The translations under genes were made by a program, and so were the position numbers. The notes under the pieces are model-generated. The model was not told where the DNA came from, did no database searches, and saw only the letters and a program-made list of their open reading frames with translations. A stretch of DNA of 63,803 nucleotides, filler included, from Choristocarpus tenellus KU-1152 (taxonomy: Eukaryota; Protista; Phaeophyceae): NCBI GenBank assembly GCA_964200185.2. It is 13 parts of 13 records of this genome, joined end to end, with 100 filler letters (N's around TTAATTAATTAA, not from the genome) between each part and the next. Parts side by side here need not be neighbours in the genome. Positions count along the whole stretch, not along the records: positions 59,922 to 63,803 come from CAXNAD020017393.1; 12 more parts are not named here. The stretch is one strand, 5' to 3'. Shown piece by piece: positions 63,018 to 63,803 of the stretch. How positions within the stretch are numbered: the first letter of the stretch is position 1; every line of letters begins with the position of its first letter.

Positions 63018-63803
63018 TTATGTTAAATTTATTTCCCTCCTTTTTTGTGTATTCTTTCCCACGTCCGTGCTTTGTTTGTTGTGGACACCTACCCCCGATG
63101 TTGTTCTCCTCCTGTGCTTATTGGTGCAAGGGGTCGCTTACACCACTGCTACTATGGTTATTGTTCGGTTGTATCAATATTCCTTGCTTTTTTGTCTTTT
63201 CTTAGCACTATTGATATTGTCTACCTCGATGTGTGATCAAATTTTGAAGCATCATCGCTTCTTCTGGACTTGTTGAATAGGACAATATACTCGAGCGTTG
63301 TGATAGTGATAACCAATTGATGATTATGCGTGTCTGTTGTCGTTGTTGTCAATCTCTCGTACATTCAATCTATTTGTAGTTGAGAGATCATGACAACCTC
63401 CACACTACAAAAAAATAGGTCACGCTCCCCCCCCCCAATTCCCTTGTGTCATAAACGGTGTTGTTATTCTTCCTATTAATGGTTTTCTGCAATCTCTGTT
63501 TTTTTCCTTCCTACGAGTTACCTCAGATTATCGTCGTAGTTGCAAACATGAATTTGGGATTTTGGTGGCATATGGGTAATAATAGGCTTATTATTTAGAG
63601 ATAGTGTTGCTTCTTGTTGTTGCTCTTGTCATGTTGCATCAGCACACCTGACAGCGAGTGATTTGACATTGTGTATCCCCTCAACATTACAGCCACCAAG
63701 TACTATGCAAAAGAGAACTACCCAAGTGGAGTATTTTGCTTTGTGTGGTATGGGTATGTTTATTAGTGGAGTGAGCACAGCCCTCGGTGGTGGGGGGTGC
63801 TCT

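Noticed and set aside
1-63803. tRNA, rRNA or prokaryotic operon/defence system
   Set aside because: None recognised; short ORFs in the track are mostly chance frames in introns and repeats.

Overview
Eukaryotic draft-assembly sequence, not one locus. It is 13 contig pieces joined by an artificial 100-nt linker (N44-TTAATTAATTAA-N44) at 2608, 5291, 12281, 16545, 21244, 24543, 27229, 37572, 47898, 51393, 55395 and 59822, so adjacency across linkers is meaningless. Intron-rich genes, TTAGGG repeats and a bipartite (signal peptide + F-motif) plastid-targeting N-terminus point to a photosynthetic stramenopile, probably a brown alga or relative (inference). Host genes: a complete 9-exon saccharopine-dehydrogenase-like oxidoreductase (40427-46657, -), the 5' part of cohesin SCC3/STAG (29087-37446, +), an ankyrin-repeat ORF (18109-18924, -) and several unidentified exon clusters. 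Most of the rest is TE debris: 5'-truncated CRE-like non-LTR retrotransposon ends with a 3' hairpin, a decayed Copia, solo/partial LTRs, a DD39D-type mariner, a pogo/Tigger remnant, two abundant MITE families sharing GRGTCAAAGTATCT termini and 4-bp TSDs (Sola2-like), and several foldback/palindromic structures. No rRNA, tRNA or CRISPR array was seen. I cannot demonstrate a new biological system here. The best leads are the foldback structures, the MITE families, the CRE 3' hairpin, intronic telomere motifs and a CpG-island-like pattern at gene starts.
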